Below, piece after piece: positions 20,658 to 31,899 of a DNA stretch of 64,000 nt. The position numbers and the translations under genes were made by a program. The notes beneath the pieces are model-generated. The model did no database searches and had not been told where the DNA came from. It saw only the letters and a program-made list of their open reading frames with translations. The DNA is from Trichomonas gallinae. Lineage: Eukaryota. The stretch covers positions 1 through 64,000 of the forward strand of contig MRSU01001394.1 in NCBI GenBank assembly GCA_008369845.1, written 5' to 3'. Position 1 is the first letter of the stretch, and each line of letters opens with the position of its first letter.

Positions 20658-22595
20658 ATGCAAAATCCGAAGTTTCGCTGGTTTTCTTTTGTTATTTCGC
20701 TGTCAATCACCGCCGGCGCCGTCTTCGGCATTTACTACTTCCCGCTGACACTCACATACAAGCAGAAGACTGCTGCGTTCGAAAGCAGAAAATCCGAAAT
20801 TCCATTCAATCGATCTGAGGAGCCCATTTTCGTGCTGCATTTTTCCGATGTCCATGTCAATCATATTGTGCCGAAAAATAATGAGAGATTCCAGTCTGCA
20901 GTAGAGTATTCTTTAAAAATGAAACCATCAATGAATATATTGACAGGTGACCTTGTGGATGATTTCCCATACAATGATTATCCGAAATATGGCAGTCAGC
21001 AGCCTAAAGATTGGGAAATTTATCGAAATATCACAAATAATGTTGATCCTGAAATTTGGTTCGAAATAGCAGGCAATCATGACGAGTGGGGTGTATTTTC
21101 ATTCGATTCGAATAGTCATAACTTCAAGAAATCGGCCAAAAAACAGTTTTCATCTTACTTTGATTTCGAATTACAAGAAAGAGTTGTGAAATCGAATGGA
21201 GATTATGATATCCACTTAATTGGCTTCAATCCATTCGTCTACCCATCTGCTCACCCTCCTTTCGTTTACTGGCCTCGTCCCTCATCAAAGTTAATGGACC
21301 GAATCGAAAAATTGATTGAATCAATTCCGGAGAAAGACGAAATCATTGTCATGGATCACTATCCTCTTCTCTTGTTCCCTCCATACCGAAAGACATCGAG
21401 CGGCAAGAACTTCGTTGAGCTGATGACAACAGGAAAGGTAAACTACTTCCTGTCAGGCCACTTGCATCCAAGCGTTCCTAAAATCTTGCACCACGACAAT
21501 TTGCTTGAAGTTGTCGCGCCAGACTCAAAGGGACACAACTACATCGGGTGCTTCACGTATGATAACAGGCGTTTCGTCTACCACCAGGTAAATATCACAC
21601 GGCCACCGAAAGCATTCGTCACGAATCCAGTTCCAGTTTCCCAGCTGACAAATCACCAAGTGTTCAACGAAGTCGGGACACCATTAAGAGTTTTGTCGAT
21701 GCACGAGAAAATGCCATCAATACAGGTCACTGGAGACTTGAACGGCAACATGACTTGCGAGAAAAGAACCAGCGGCCACTTCGTATGCGAACTAGAGAAC
21801 AAACTAGGTCCAGGACAATATTCTATTTCGTTGACTGGCTCGATAACAAAGACTGTCAACTTCATCATCGCAAACAAGTCGAATTCTTACAGCGAGGCAG
21901 TTTACAAAGATGTCCACAATGAACCTTACATTTTCCAGACAGTTTTCTTGTTCTGTTTTTTGTTCATTGCTCTTCTGCCGCTTCCAATTTTCTCATTCTC
22001 TAACAAAGTCATTAAGCATCTCAACGGAGAGAAGGTCTTCAGCCTTCCTAAGAGATTCCTTATGACAGCATTTGGTGGAATCTTATACATCAGGTTTGCC
22101 ATAGAACACTTGCATCTCGCCATAAGATTGCTGCTCTTTTCAGCACTAATCTATCCACTAGTTCTGCCAGCAGTGATGATGGAGATAGAAGGCCACATTG
22201 GATTCATCTTCATGTGGGGATATGTCTGCGGCGGCAAGTATTTCTATGCAATATGGGGACAGAGAAACTGTTTGCACTACTTCCTTTATATTCTTTGCCC
22301 AGCAACAGTTTTTGCTGCATCCATTTTCTTTGTGAAACACTCTGCTTATGCATGGATTCCTGTGACACTAAGTTTCGCTTTGTGCGTGGCAGCTCTTGTT
22401 AAGAACAGCAAGCTAGTTATTAGATACGTTTATGAATCAGTTGGATTCAAGTTTGCTCCATCAGCACCAATCCATGTTTTGTGGCCAATTATTATCTATT
22501 TGATGCTTATCTCTCTTGCAATATACTCGCAGTTCAAGGCTGTTCGTCAAAGAAAGCTTGTAACTAATGAGCAACTTTTAGTTACCAATGATTAA
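20658..22595 (+). CDS. TMEM62-like membrane metallophosphoesterase
   Basis: SDVH, TGDLVD, AGNHD, DHYP and SGHLH motifs; N-terminal TM and several C-terminal TMs. Confidence 0.85.
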   Translation: MQNPKFRWFSFVISLSITAGAVFGIYYFPLTLTYKQKTAAFESRKSEIPFNRSEEPIFVLHFSDVHVNHIVPKNNERFQSAVEYSLKMKPSMNILTGDLVDDFPYNDYPKYGSQQPKDWEIYRNITNNVDPEIWFEIAGNHDEWGVFSFDSNSHNFKKSAKKQFSSYFDFELQERVVKSNGDYDIHLIGFNPFVYPSAHPPFVYWPRPSSKLMDRIEKLIESIPEKDEIIVMDHYPLLLFPPYRKTSSGKNFVELMTTGKVNYFLSGHLHPSVPKILHHDNLLEVVAPDSKGHNYIGCFTYDNRRFVYHQVNITRPPKAFVTNPVPVSQLTNHQVFNEVGTPLRVLSMHEKMPSIQVTGDLNGNMTCEKRTSGHFVCELENKLGPGQYSISLTGSITKTVNFIIANKSNSYSEAVYKDVHNEPYIFQTVFLFCFLFIALLPLPIFSFSNKVIKHLNGEKVFSLPKRFLMTAFGGILYIRFAIEHLHLAIRLLLFSALIYPLVLPAVMMEIEGHIGFIFMWGYVCGGKYFYAIWGQRNCLHYFLYILCPATVFAASIFFVKHSAYAWIPVTLSFALCVAALVKNSKLVIRYVYESVGFKFAPSAPIHVLWPIIIYLMLISLAIYSQFKAVRQRKLVTNEQLLVTND

Positions 22596-22963
22596 TTAAA
22601 ATGATTATGCTGTATTTCTTTTTTATTTTAAATATCAACACGGCTTTAATATTTGCTTCAAGAATCGATCATGATAATATCAAATAAATTTCTTTAAAGC
22701 TAAGTCATTGAAGTGCATCCAATGAAATATCAAACACAAATTTTCATGTTATCAGATAAATATAAAAAAATTACCAAAAAAGAAATGTTCTACACCAAGA
22801 AAAGCTAATTATACAACCTCAAAAACCAACCAAATCTATGTTTGAGAAGAATTAAAAATGAATATTGTTATAATTTGACTTTTGAACTGCGCTATAACCA
22901 AAATATAAATGTTTAGTGAATATATAATAAAAAGCAGAACTCATTTTGCGGATCTAATTCAAA

Positions 22964-24133
22964 ATGGAAAAAAGGGACGAAGTTGATGTTATTTCAAAAC
23001 TGAAGCGCGATTTGTCGAACAAAAAGAATGGTAGACTTACAATACCAGGAAAACTACTTCGAGCCATGAAAGTTTCTGAAGAAAATCCTAGTCTTAGACC
23101 AGAAATTGGTATCTATTGGGTAGACGATATAACTTTCATGGTCAATAATACAACAATTTCGAAACTATTTGACATCAAACCCGGAACAATGAACAAACAT
23201 TTCAGCGAATTTGGTTTTATTACACTTCCAAACGACATTACTACTTCTGTAGCAACGACACCAACAGAAAATCCAGTACTAGGCAGAGATTACGATATGT
23301 CAGTATCTTCTCAATGGACAAAGCGCAGAAATGAAAGGCCAAATCTTTTTAATAAATTAGTTGACCCAGAAATGTGCATTTTACAGAAAGGAGTTGTTTA
23401 TTCGGAGATTGTCGACAGCTTCCTGAAGGATAATCCAGACAAACATGAAATTTTGGCAGTGCTTGATAAATTTAAATCAATTGAATGGAATTCATACGCA
23501 GACAAATGCATTTTGGAGTGGAAGAAACTCAAAGAACGACTCAATGTTAGCGAGAATGAGATTAATATAAATGTGTTTTCTCGATTCTTGGCATCTTTTT
23601 ATTCAAACGACGGCAGCAGCAATCTAGATCAGGCAATAGCATTGATTATACCAAAAAGCGTTTGCGCATCGCACGTTACGAATAAGGTAAAATTTTTAGA
23701 CTACTTTAGGCTTTGTCTTCGCTTTGGACCACCAGAGGCGGTTGTTGATAATATAAAATCGCTTTTGAAGCCAAACACTTCTGATTTTGTTGATTGGTTT
23801 ATTCCAACAGTTGAGACGACGACAATCAAAAATACTGGTTATGTTCGCTTCTCAAGCACAGACCCATGCGCATTTTCATTAATGAAGCCCAATGCAGAAT
23901 CTTCCGATTATATAAAGTTCAATCCACTGGCTGATGTTGATCATAGGTTCGTTTATGAAGGAATATATTATAGAGCGCTTAATGATGTCGTAATGAACAT
24001 TCCTAATTTTATTTCATCTGCAAACATGGGCACATATAATGATCCTAAGTACTCAGCGGTATCATCCTTCCAATTCGGCTCATATAATTACCCAGACACG
24101 GGCTATATGGATGATTACGCTCCAAGTTTTTAA
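22964..24133 (+). CDS. Initiator-binding protein 39 (IBP39)-like protein with IBD domain
   Basis: IPGKLL..NPSL..EIGIYWVDDITFMV..IKPGTMNKHFSEFGF parallels the IBP39 IBD (FPQKL..IGLSW..IKLNTLNVNLRDLAF); LRFGP in the C-domain. Confidence 0.8.
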   Translation: MEKRDEVDVISKLKRDLSNKKNGRLTIPGKLLRAMKVSEENPSLRPEIGIYWVDDITFMVNNTTISKLFDIKPGTMNKHFSEFGFITLPNDITTSVATTPTENPVLGRDYDMSVSSQWTKRRNERPNLFNKLVDPEMCILQKGVVYSEIVDSFLKDNPDKHEILAVLDKFKSIEWNSYADKCILEWKKLKERLNVSENEININVFSRFLASFYSNDGSSNLDQAIALIIPKSVCASHVTNKVKFLDYFRLCLRFGPPEAVVDNIKSLLKPNTSDFVDWFIPTVETTTIKNTGYVRFSSTDPCAFSLMKPNAESSDYIKFNPLADVDHRFVYEGIYYRALNDVVMNIPNFISSANMGTYNDPKYSAVSSFQFGSYNYPDTGYMDDYAPSF

Positions 24134-24207
24134 TTATTTTTATTTGTTTTGTTATTTTGTTATCACAGTAAAAGCAGTTACTCATTTATTTCTGATTTTG
24201 ACTTGAT

Positions 24208-25587
24208 ATGTCATTTTTTATGGAAGATGAAAATTACAAAGATCTTATTGTTGAAAATGAAACCAATAAAATTCTGCATGATGACACAAATCCGGAAATA
24301 ACACTAGAAGAAGCAATAATTCATACAAATTACGCCCAAGATCACAATTATATAAAACAGATGAAATCAGGAGTGTCGCCTTTAGGCTTAATTCTGAAAG
24401 ATTATGATGAAGTTGGCATTCCCATATTCTCCACAAAGTTTTTAACTGAAGTAGTTGACTTTTTACTTACAAGTCCAGACGAATCACTAGAATTAATCGA
24501 TTACATACTTTCTGGACCAGAGAATAACATTCTACGCATACCACACTATGAAATTATCAAAAATTTTCTCGATAATGTTCCATTATCTCTCGATCTTCTT
24601 GCAAAATACTTAATAAGGATGAAAGGCCAAAGCTACGTAACAAATTATTTCATGGAGTGTGGTGGATTTGGCATTTTATTAAAATGCATGAATGTTTCAC
24701 AAAATTATTATAATATCGCCTTAATTTTCGAAGCAATTTCAAATGCGTCACTGATTTACAACGTAAAATCGGATGAAGTAATCTGCGCTGCTTATTACTC
24801 AGACCCAGACGATTATTTTTCGATTGACGTCTCGGATGACGAGCGGCTCCCTGAGTCAATGAGAGACGAGAAAACATTTAGAGATATTTCGAACAAACTG
24901 ATGCAGACAGGCGACCACGAAATACAGAGCCTTCTCCTCCACGCATTCATGAACATATCAGAAAAGACTGAGCAGTTTAAATATATTATTGCAGACCATG
25001 TAGCCGCAGTTTTCCACACACTAAAATCAAACGACTTGAGAACACTCGCTTTCACCATTCTATCTACTTCTTTAGATGAGGACCAGTCTCCACCGCAGCT
25101 CAGCACAATTTGGCACCAAGTTCCTAGGATTCTGAGATATGGCGATTTTGATTTAACTTCTTCTCTCTGTAGTTTCGTCAAAACGGTTGTCACGACATAT
25201 TCAGCTGATTATATCTGCGACTCTGAATTATTTGGCCAATTTGTTGTCTTTGCAAAAGATGAGTGTCCATACAAAATCAAAGAGAGCATTGCCTCGTGTT
25301 TGGCCTACATTATATCAAACTGCAATGAAGAAAATCTGCACAGAGTTGTCCAACCTGAAGTGGTTGCTTTATTCCACGATTTCATTGATGACGAGTCAAA
25401 CGACAGTTTGGTATCAATTCTACACGCATTGACAACAATCGTTCAGCGCCATCAAGATCAGCGCGCAGTCGACGACATTGTGCAGTTTGCTGACGAAATA
25501 GAGGATCTACAGGATTCATTGGATGATTTAGTGTCTGACGCAGCAGTCTGCTTAATTGAATGCTTGAAAGCACGTGTGAACGCATGA
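24208..25587 (+). CDS. ARM/HEAT-like alpha-solenoid hypothetical protein
   Basis: 459-aa ORF; helical repeats with YKIKESIASCLAYI and LVSDAAVCLIE, importin-alpha-like C-terminus; TCATT upstream. Confidence 0.7.
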   Translation: MSFFMEDENYKDLIVENETNKILHDDTNPEITLEEAIIHTNYAQDHNYIKQMKSGVSPLGLILKDYDEVGIPIFSTKFLTEVVDFLLTSPDESLELIDYILSGPENNILRIPHYEIIKNFLDNVPLSLDLLAKYLIRMKGQSYVTNYFMECGGFGILLKCMNVSQNYYNIALIFEAISNASLIYNVKSDEVICAAYYSDPDDYFSIDVSDDERLPESMRDEKTFRDISNKLMQTGDHEIQSLLLHAFMNISEKTEQFKYIIADHVAAVFHTLKSNDLRTLAFTILSTSLDEDQSPPQLSTIWHQVPRILRYGDFDLTSSLCSFVKTVVTTYSADYICDSELFGQFVVFAKDECPYKIKESIASCLAYIISNCNEENLHRVVQPEVVALFHDFIDDESNDSLVSILHALTTIVQRHQDQRAVDDIVQFADEIEDLQDSLDDLVSDAAVCLIECLKARVNA

Positions 25588-25648
25588 AAGAAAATCTGTT
25601 ATATTATAAACATGTATATATACAAATTTTACAAACAAAAAATAAGAA

Positions 25649-28600
25649 TTATTTGAACCTCAAAACTCCAGATTGTCTTGCGCTCTTGATCGCATTCGAT
25701 GGCTTGACAATCTTTCTGCCTGCTGTGAGAGATAAAGGCGGGACTCTCGATGATTTCGGTCTGACTTCAAGATCATCGGATGAACCACCGCACTGCGCAA
25801 TAGCATCGCGAAGTCTCTGATTCTCCTCACGAAGTTTTTCGTTCTCTTTGATAACATTATCGACTGCTCCAGTGTCCGTCGGTTCTGATGCCTTGAGAGT
25901 TTTTAGCATAAATGTGTTTTCTGTTCTCAACAGTGTAGTTCTATGTCTAATCCTGTCGACTTCTCTCATTGGCTCTCTGACTGAATGCTCGGCCTCCTCT
26001 TCTATATAATCTGTCTCCTCTTTCAGCTCGTCAAGCTCTGCCTGCTTCTCCGCAATCTGCGAAATTAAGGACTGAAGCGGGACGTTTGGATCTGTGGTTA
26101 ATTCCTTCATTGCTTTATGCGCTCTGTCTTGTCTTGCCATCGTCATCGACTTCCAGTGGAACAGCTGTACGTTCTCTTTTGTAAGATTTTCGTGCTGAAC
26201 TTTCAGTGTGTCGACAGTGTCGCTGGTCTTGCTGAGTTCGTCGTAGCAGTCTGATAACTCCTGCTCTAGCTGCTGCTGAGTCTGTTCAGCCTGTCTGCGC
26301 GAGTTCCAGTACAAAGCACTCTCGAGGACTCTGTCTTGCTCAGCCTTCTTGATCTGCCTCTCATACTTCCTGCGAATTGCAATGGTAAGGAACGTGCGCG
26401 ATATTCTCATCTTCAAAACTTGCTCCTTCAGCTTTGCAATGTCCCTTTGCGATGTGATTAATTGATGACACACATCTACATTTGCGTGGGAAGAGAGTCT
26501 TCGACTACTGCCTCTGCGTTTTTCTGGCTCCTCCGTAGGAACGGTTTCGTCTTCGTAGTGAGGAATGGCAATTGGCGTGCCGTCTGGCTGGAATAGCTCA
26601 CTGTAGTTACTCCTAGAGAGAATTTGCGGCATTTTGACGGGAGCAAAGTCAAAGCCTCCGTTTTTCTTGATGACTTCTTGTATTACTTTGTACTGCAACT
26701 CCTTCTTCTGCTTATATTTAGATCTGTTTGTCTGGAGCTCTGCGAGAATGTCTGTGTAAAGAATTTCAAATTCTTCGCGCATTGAAACAATGATTTCTTT
26801 GGACTCACGGCGCCTTTCGATGTCCGACAGTCTAGCAATGTTTCTCAGCGAGTTAAGCTTGTTAAGTTTGTCGCTAATGTTCTCTTTTGTGCAAATTTCA
26901 ATCTCACCAAGGAGTCTTTTGCTGACTATCGACGCCATAATCTCTGATAGTTTATCGTTCTCCACAGTTATGTTTAAGGCTCTCTCCATGTTCGTGTTGT
27001 ACATAGACCATGAACTTACTGTCTTTCTGGCCGACAAATCGCAGAAATCATTCAGTGGTTGAGTGATTCTCGACAGAGATGACTTCAGTCTCTCTGCATC
27101 AATGATGAAGATGCCATTTTGATCTTTCGGCTCGCGATCGACGCATTCAGAGACAGCTCTGATAAACTTTCCGATGGCAAACCTGCTTTCGCCAGCTTCC
27201 TGCTTCTCTGCATCACTTGGGGATGGTATATATGGTGTTTCTCTCATGTTCGCTCTTGGTCTCTTCATGTAGACATCTGGCTTTAGTGTTGAAATCGGCT
27301 GTGCAAAAGGCTCAGCTGCAAGAGCTTTCAGCTCGTCAGCTTCTAGTTTCATATTTGCAAGGACTTGGCCCTCTACACGAGGCCTCATTCTCTCCAAGAT
27401 GACCTCGACAAGCTTTTCGTATTTTAAGTTCTCGTTAATACTTTGCGCTCTTCTGCTTGCTTCGCTTTCAATGGTTCTGGAGAAGTCATCTCTATTCCTC
27501 TTATATTCCTGTATTGTCACATCGAAGGCGCCAGACACAGGCGTTATTGTCCTGTAGTCCTTGCTGGACTGAAGGAGGTAGAATGAGAACTTTGCAATTG
27601 TTGATTTGATCTGGTCTTCGAGGAACTTTGATGTCGCGTGTGGAACCTCTGTTAAAGACAAACCTGCTGCCGAGTCATCAGACTTTCCTCTTATTACTGT
27701 GACTGCATTGGAAACAAGTGGCCTGACGTCGTCATCGATGTAGTGGCAGAAGTTGAACACGAACCAAGGTACATACTTTTCAAGCGTTATGAAATTGCCT
27801 GAGTATTTCTGCTTCAGTATATAGCTCATCGCGTTCTTTAGATGAGGAATTTCGTCGACATGATTCGATAAATCCTGGCATTCATCAACCAGGCTGATTA
27901 TTCCTGCAGCATAGGCAAGCTCATTATAGTCAGCAAACATTTTCAAGGCGTCAACGTCAGAATGTTCCGCACATGCTTTGTAGACAGAGAAAATTGTCAT
28001 GTCTGCGATCGCCTTCCTTGCTGCGATTGAAGCAGCGGTACGCCTCGTTCCTCTGGAAATTGTGCCGTTGAATACTGCAATGTGGAGGAGTCTTAACCTT
28101 GCGGCAATGAAATTCCTAAGAGGTTCCAAGTCATTTTCATCGGAGTAGATTATATCTGAGACGCAGGGGACTAAGAACGGATTGAACTTTTGGTTCTCGT
28201 ACAGTTTCTTTCCTTTCGGACGCTCAAATTCGAATGGATCAGGGCTGTTGAGGTTGCTCATTAGAGTGCGTTCGATCATGATTAAATAGCCAAGCTCTGC
28301 TCTGAGGCTTACTTCTCTGATGATTTTTGTCATTCCTTCCACGTCTGTGTACTGATATGGATCTAGAGGGGCTTCGAAGTTGTTAGCGTCGAAAGTCTCT
28401 GTGAAAAGGACCCTGCGGACGTCAGCGAGAGTGACAACATTCTCTGCCGGCTGATCAGTAAGAAAGACATCATCAGCCCTGAATAGCGTCCCAAAGTATC
28501 GCGCATCAGCCTCGAAGCTATTGTAGCGGGCAGTTTCACTTAACATCATAACAAACAGTCTTTGATTTATTACAGCATTCTCCAACTCTTTCAGCTTTTC

Positions 28601-30568
28601 GTCGATATTTTCTGGGGTTATGTTGATTGTGAACTCGTCGATCACGCGAGTTTTATGTCTGGTTGTGCTTAATTGCATTGCCACAGCTTTCTCGAGCTCT
28701 CTCTGCTTCACGACAAGCGAGACAAGCTTGTAAAGGTAGCGTCTAACTTGCAGAGCTTTCATTGCTGCATCGAAGCGCTTCTCTTCGCTGAAGCTCTCAA
28801 CGAAGGTGACAATGTCATCATAGCTGTTGAGGAAAGAAGATGTGAAGATCTCCAAAGCAACTCCTTCAGCGTTGACGACAGTTGACAATGCTGCAATTGA
28901 AGGAGTCAGGTTAGTTATGTGGTCCTTTGTTATTTCATGGAATGCCTCTTGTACAACAGCCAGATGAACGTACACAAAAATATGGGGCGGAATCGACATC
29001 GTTGTTAAGATTTCCTTGGACACATAATAAAGATCTCCAATAACTCTGGATACAACAGAGATTAATCTCGATGTATGGAAAGTTTCAGATGGGAGCCCAG
29101 CTAGCCGACAGAGAGGAATGTTGGAGCATGAGTGCATGTGCAAGGCGAGAACAATCTCCAATAAGGACGCCTCGAGTTCTATAACTTCGCTCTGGCGCTT
29201 GAAGTTGTGTATAAGCGTTGTGTGAACTCCTTCCTGGAAGTCTGGCTCTTCGTCGATGATTTTCTGCATGATGTCGATGAACTCATTGCAGCCGGAGAAC
29301 TCGTTGAGTCTCTTCATTACTGCCATGAGGCTGACTTTGGAGGAAAGGTAGTTGTCGTAAAGCTCCAGCATCCTTTCGTAAATGGCGTCGAAGTCGCAGT
29401 TAGACATAGACTTCTGCATTCCGTGCGTAACAATCGCTTTGAGCTCTTTGATGATTAATGCGAATTTTGTTTCCGAATTTTCGCCATAAAGAGTCTTGCA
29501 TTTGCTGTAAATCGAGCGTATTATGTACCTGCTGCGTGCGAAGCGGAGTGATAAGACGCAGATTGCATGCGGACGCGGATAGTCACTCATCAAAGAATGA
29601 GATGAAAGCATCGTAGAGAAAAACTCAGTTACTTCACGTGATTTGCCATTAAGAAGAAGCTCTATATAGTGATCAACATGTGGATGTGTTTTAGTTTTAT
29701 GAATTCGTTCATAATTTAGTTGATAAATTGCTCCATGCTCCAATTTCGTGTATTCAGATGGCAATCTAGTTACGACGACATCAGGAGTTGAAAAGCACTC
29801 TAAAAACTTCTTATCACACTCATAAATAAATTTTTGTCCATCATATTCAGATAAATCGAATTTAATTTTCATTATATCTGAGAGCCTTCGCATTTCTGGT
29901 TCTATATCTTTCTCATTTTTGATTGGCGACGGAATTGCTGCTGAATTTATTGATAAATCAGTTCTTAAAAGTGTAGATATGCGTGTAATGATTTCATTGC
30001 GTCGTGTGATAGGGAACAGTCTAATGCACGACATGAAAATGTCCGTTTGAAACATTCTCTGTGTTTGAATAAAATCGTAGTAAATTGCGTTCAAAATGCT
30101 TTTGTAACTGTGCATTGAGTTTGCTATTGATAGATCTGTGTAAGAATTCTCCAAATCGAGGCAAATAAATGTTTGCTTTTGTACTAATTCGCGGAATATT
30201 TCTTTGTATTTTTTATATTGATCTTCAGCATTTATTCGCTCCAGAACCACTTCTTTTTGGAACTTCAACTCATCTAAATAGTTTTTAAGCAGTTTTGCAG
30301 CATAATCAATTTTGATCTGGAATTGTTCCTTTGTTTTATGTAATTTTGATGCTAACTTAGCTGAATGGTATGCGGTAGGCTGAAGAATAGAAAAATTTTT
30401 ATATTGTTCAATAAAATTATTCGTCAATTCAATATAATATTCGATAGGATGAAGTGTGCATGCTGTTCCTCGATACGCAATAACTTCACTAGCACCAAAT
30501 GATGATATGGCTGCTTCAAGTTCCTCTTTTATCGAAGAATGGGCCGAGTGCAGCTCTTGCGCACTCAT
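25649..30568 (-). CDS. Large hypothetical protein with C-terminal coiled coil
   Basis: About 1639-aa uninterrupted ORF from first ATG 30568; no family recognised. Confidence 0.85.
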   Translation of the reverse strand: MSAQELHSAHSSIKEELEAAISSFGASEVIAYRGTACTLHPIEYYIELTNNFIEQYKNFSILQPTAYHSAKLASKLHKTKEQFQIKIDYAAKLLKNYLDELKFQKEVVLERINAEDQYKKYKEIFRELVQKQTFICLDLENSYTDLSIANSMHSYKSILNAIYYDFIQTQRMFQTDIFMSCIRLFPITRRNEIITRISTLLRTDLSINSAAIPSPIKNEKDIEPEMRRLSDIMKIKFDLSEYDGQKFIYECDKKFLECFSTPDVVVTRLPSEYTKLEHGAIYQLNYERIHKTKTHPHVDHYIELLLNGKSREVTEFFSTMLSSHSLMSDYPRPHAICVLSLRFARSRYIIRSIYSKCKTLYGENSETKFALIIKELKAIVTHGMQKSMSNCDFDAIYERMLELYDNYLSSKVSLMAVMKRLNEFSGCNEFIDIMQKIIDEEPDFQEGVHTTLIHNFKRQSEVIELEASLLEIVLALHMHSCSNIPLCRLAGLPSETFHTSRLISVVSRVIGDLYYVSKEILTTMSIPPHIFVYVHLAVVQEAFHEITKDHITNLTPSIAALSTVVNAEGVALEIFTSSFLNSYDDIVTFVESFSEEKRFDAAMKALQVRRYLYKLVSLVVKQRELEKAVAMQLSTTRHKTRVIDEFTINITPENIDEKLKELENAVINQRLFVMMLSETARYNSFEADARYFGTLFRADDVFLTDQPAENVVTLADVRRVLFTETFDANNFEAPLDPYQYTDVEGMTKIIREVSLRAELGYLIMIERTLMSNLNSPDPFEFERPKGKKLYENQKFNPFLVPCVSDIIYSDENDLEPLRNFIAARLRLLHIAVFNGTISRGTRRTAASIAARKAIADMTIFSVYKACAEHSDVDALKMFADYNELAYAAGIISLVDECQDLSNHVDEIPHLKNAMSYILKQKYSGNFITLEKYVPWFVFNFCHYIDDDVRPLVSNAVTVIRGKSDDSAAGLSLTEVPHATSKFLEDQIKSTIAKFSFYLLQSSKDYRTITPVSGAFDVTIQEYKRNRDDFSRTIESEASRRAQSINENLKYEKLVEVILERMRPRVEGQVLANMKLEADELKALAAEPFAQPISTLKPDVYMKRPRANMRETPYIPSPSDAEKQEAGESRFAIGKFIRAVSECVDREPKDQNGIFIIDAERLKSSLSRITQPLNDFCDLSARKTVSSWSMYNTNMERALNITVENDKLSEIMASIVSKRLLGEIEICTKENISDKLNKLNSLRNIARLSDIERRRESKEIIVSMREEFEILYTDILAELQTNRSKYKQKKELQYKVIQEVIKKNGGFDFAPVKMPQILSRSNYSELFQPDGTPIAIPHYEDETVPTEEPEKRRGSSRRLSSHANVDVCHQLITSQRDIAKLKEQVLKMRISRTFLTIAIRRKYERQIKKAEQDRVLESALYWNSRRQAEQTQQQLEQELSDCYDELSKTSDTVDTLKVQHENLTKENVQLFHWKSMTMARQDRAHKAMKELTTDPNVPLQSLISQIAEKQAELDELKEETDYIEEEAEHSVREPMREVDRIRHRTTLLRTENTFMLKTLKASEPTDTGAVDNVIKENEKLREENQRLRDAIAQCGGSSDDLEVRPKSSRVPPLSLTAGRKIVKPSNAIKSARQSGVLRFK

Positions 30569-30887
30569 TTCTAACGAAATTGTAAACAGATTTATTTTTG
30601 ACACGTAAACCAAAACATTGTATATTCGCTGTTTACCAGTTTTACTGTCAATTCATTCATGATTTCACCAAATTCCTTGATATCTCGTAAATCCAAGGAA
30701 ATATTTATCAAATTTTGCAATTTTTTACATATTCTATGTTCATAATGACTTTATAAATCATCAATAGTCTAAATTCATCTCTCCTTATTCATATAACAAA
30801 TAATATTTTGAAAAAATAATATTTATCAGTTTGATATAAAAATATATTCACAATATGTAGATTATTAACAAACAAAATCATATATGG

Positions 30888-31838
30888 CTATTGAATGTTT
30901 TCAAACTCATCTGAATCGATCTCATCATTAACAAAATCTACTCCACCACTCGTTGATTCCTCTTTTTGCAACTTACCTGTCTGAGAATATTTGTAGAGCT
31001 TGAAGTGAACATAGAAGATGTATCCAAGTAAACCAACAAAGATACCGATAACGCGCAGCAATATATTGTGTGTTTCATATGTAAAATCACTGCGTGAATA
31101 AATTAAGCCAATAATCATGTTAACAAACGCTGTTACAATATAATATTTATCATTGGAGTTAATCTCTTTCTCTGAGAGTCTAAAACTCATAAACTCCATT
31201 ATTGTAGCCAATACATACATCATTATGATCAAAATAACCTCGAAAACACGATATGAATGGTATATGAATGAAACAGGACCGCAATATTCATTCAAAAAGC
31301 AATTCGTGAATATGAGAACTAATGCATATGGAGCACAAGCGAGCTTAAGTGCTATCTCTGAGCATTGAAACTGATTTGAAAGTTTTTTGAGATAAAATTT
31401 ATAGATTGGAGTGAAAACAAGTAATACTGCTATGGATACATAGTTTATCATTTTGATTCCAGGTTTGCTCATTATATAAAAAACGCAGCCGGACAAAATT
31501 ATTATTGAGAAAATTATTCTAATTAGCCAATTTTGATAATTCATGTCACTAATTGGAATTATGATGAGCTCAGTGAACTGATAAAAGCCAATTGGAGAAA
31601 ACCAAAGGTTTAAATTATGAAAACTTATTCGAACGAACAAAAGGAAACCGAGAAGCAGGAAATGCTTTCGTTGTACTGAAGGAGCTTGTTTAAAGAATTT
31701 CAAGTATTTCATCAAATATAATAAAATTGTCACAGAAATTGATTGAATAACAGTAACAATGAGCGGATAATTGAATCTGTATAACCGTACAAGCATCTGA
31801 TTTGCACAAACGAAAAGAATTGGCATGAACCAAATCAT
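30888..31838 (-). CDS. Nucleotide-sugar / triose-phosphate transporter family (SLC35E3-like), divergent
   Basis: About 9-10 TMs; FNYPLIVT and NLNLWFSPIGFYQ..LIIIP motifs. Confidence 0.7.
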   Translation of the reverse strand: MIWFMPILFVCANQMLVRLYRFNYPLIVTVIQSISVTILLYLMKYLKFFKQAPSVQRKHFLLLGFLLFVRISFHNLNLWFSPIGFYQFTELIIIPISDMNYQNWLIRIIFSIIILSGCVFYIMSKPGIKMINYVSIAVLLVFTPIYKFYLKKLSNQFQCSEIALKLACAPYALVLIFTNCFLNEYCGPVSFIYHSYRVFEVILIIMMYVLATIMEFMSFRLSEKEINSNDKYYIVTAFVNMIIGLIYSRSDFTYETHNILLRVIGIFVGLLGYIFYVHFKLYKYSQTGKLQKEESTSGGVDFVNDEIDSDEFENIQ

Positions 31839-31899
31839 TTTGTGATTATGTTAAAAATGTCAGTTTTGTCTAATCAAAAACATAATATTCTTTTAAAAA

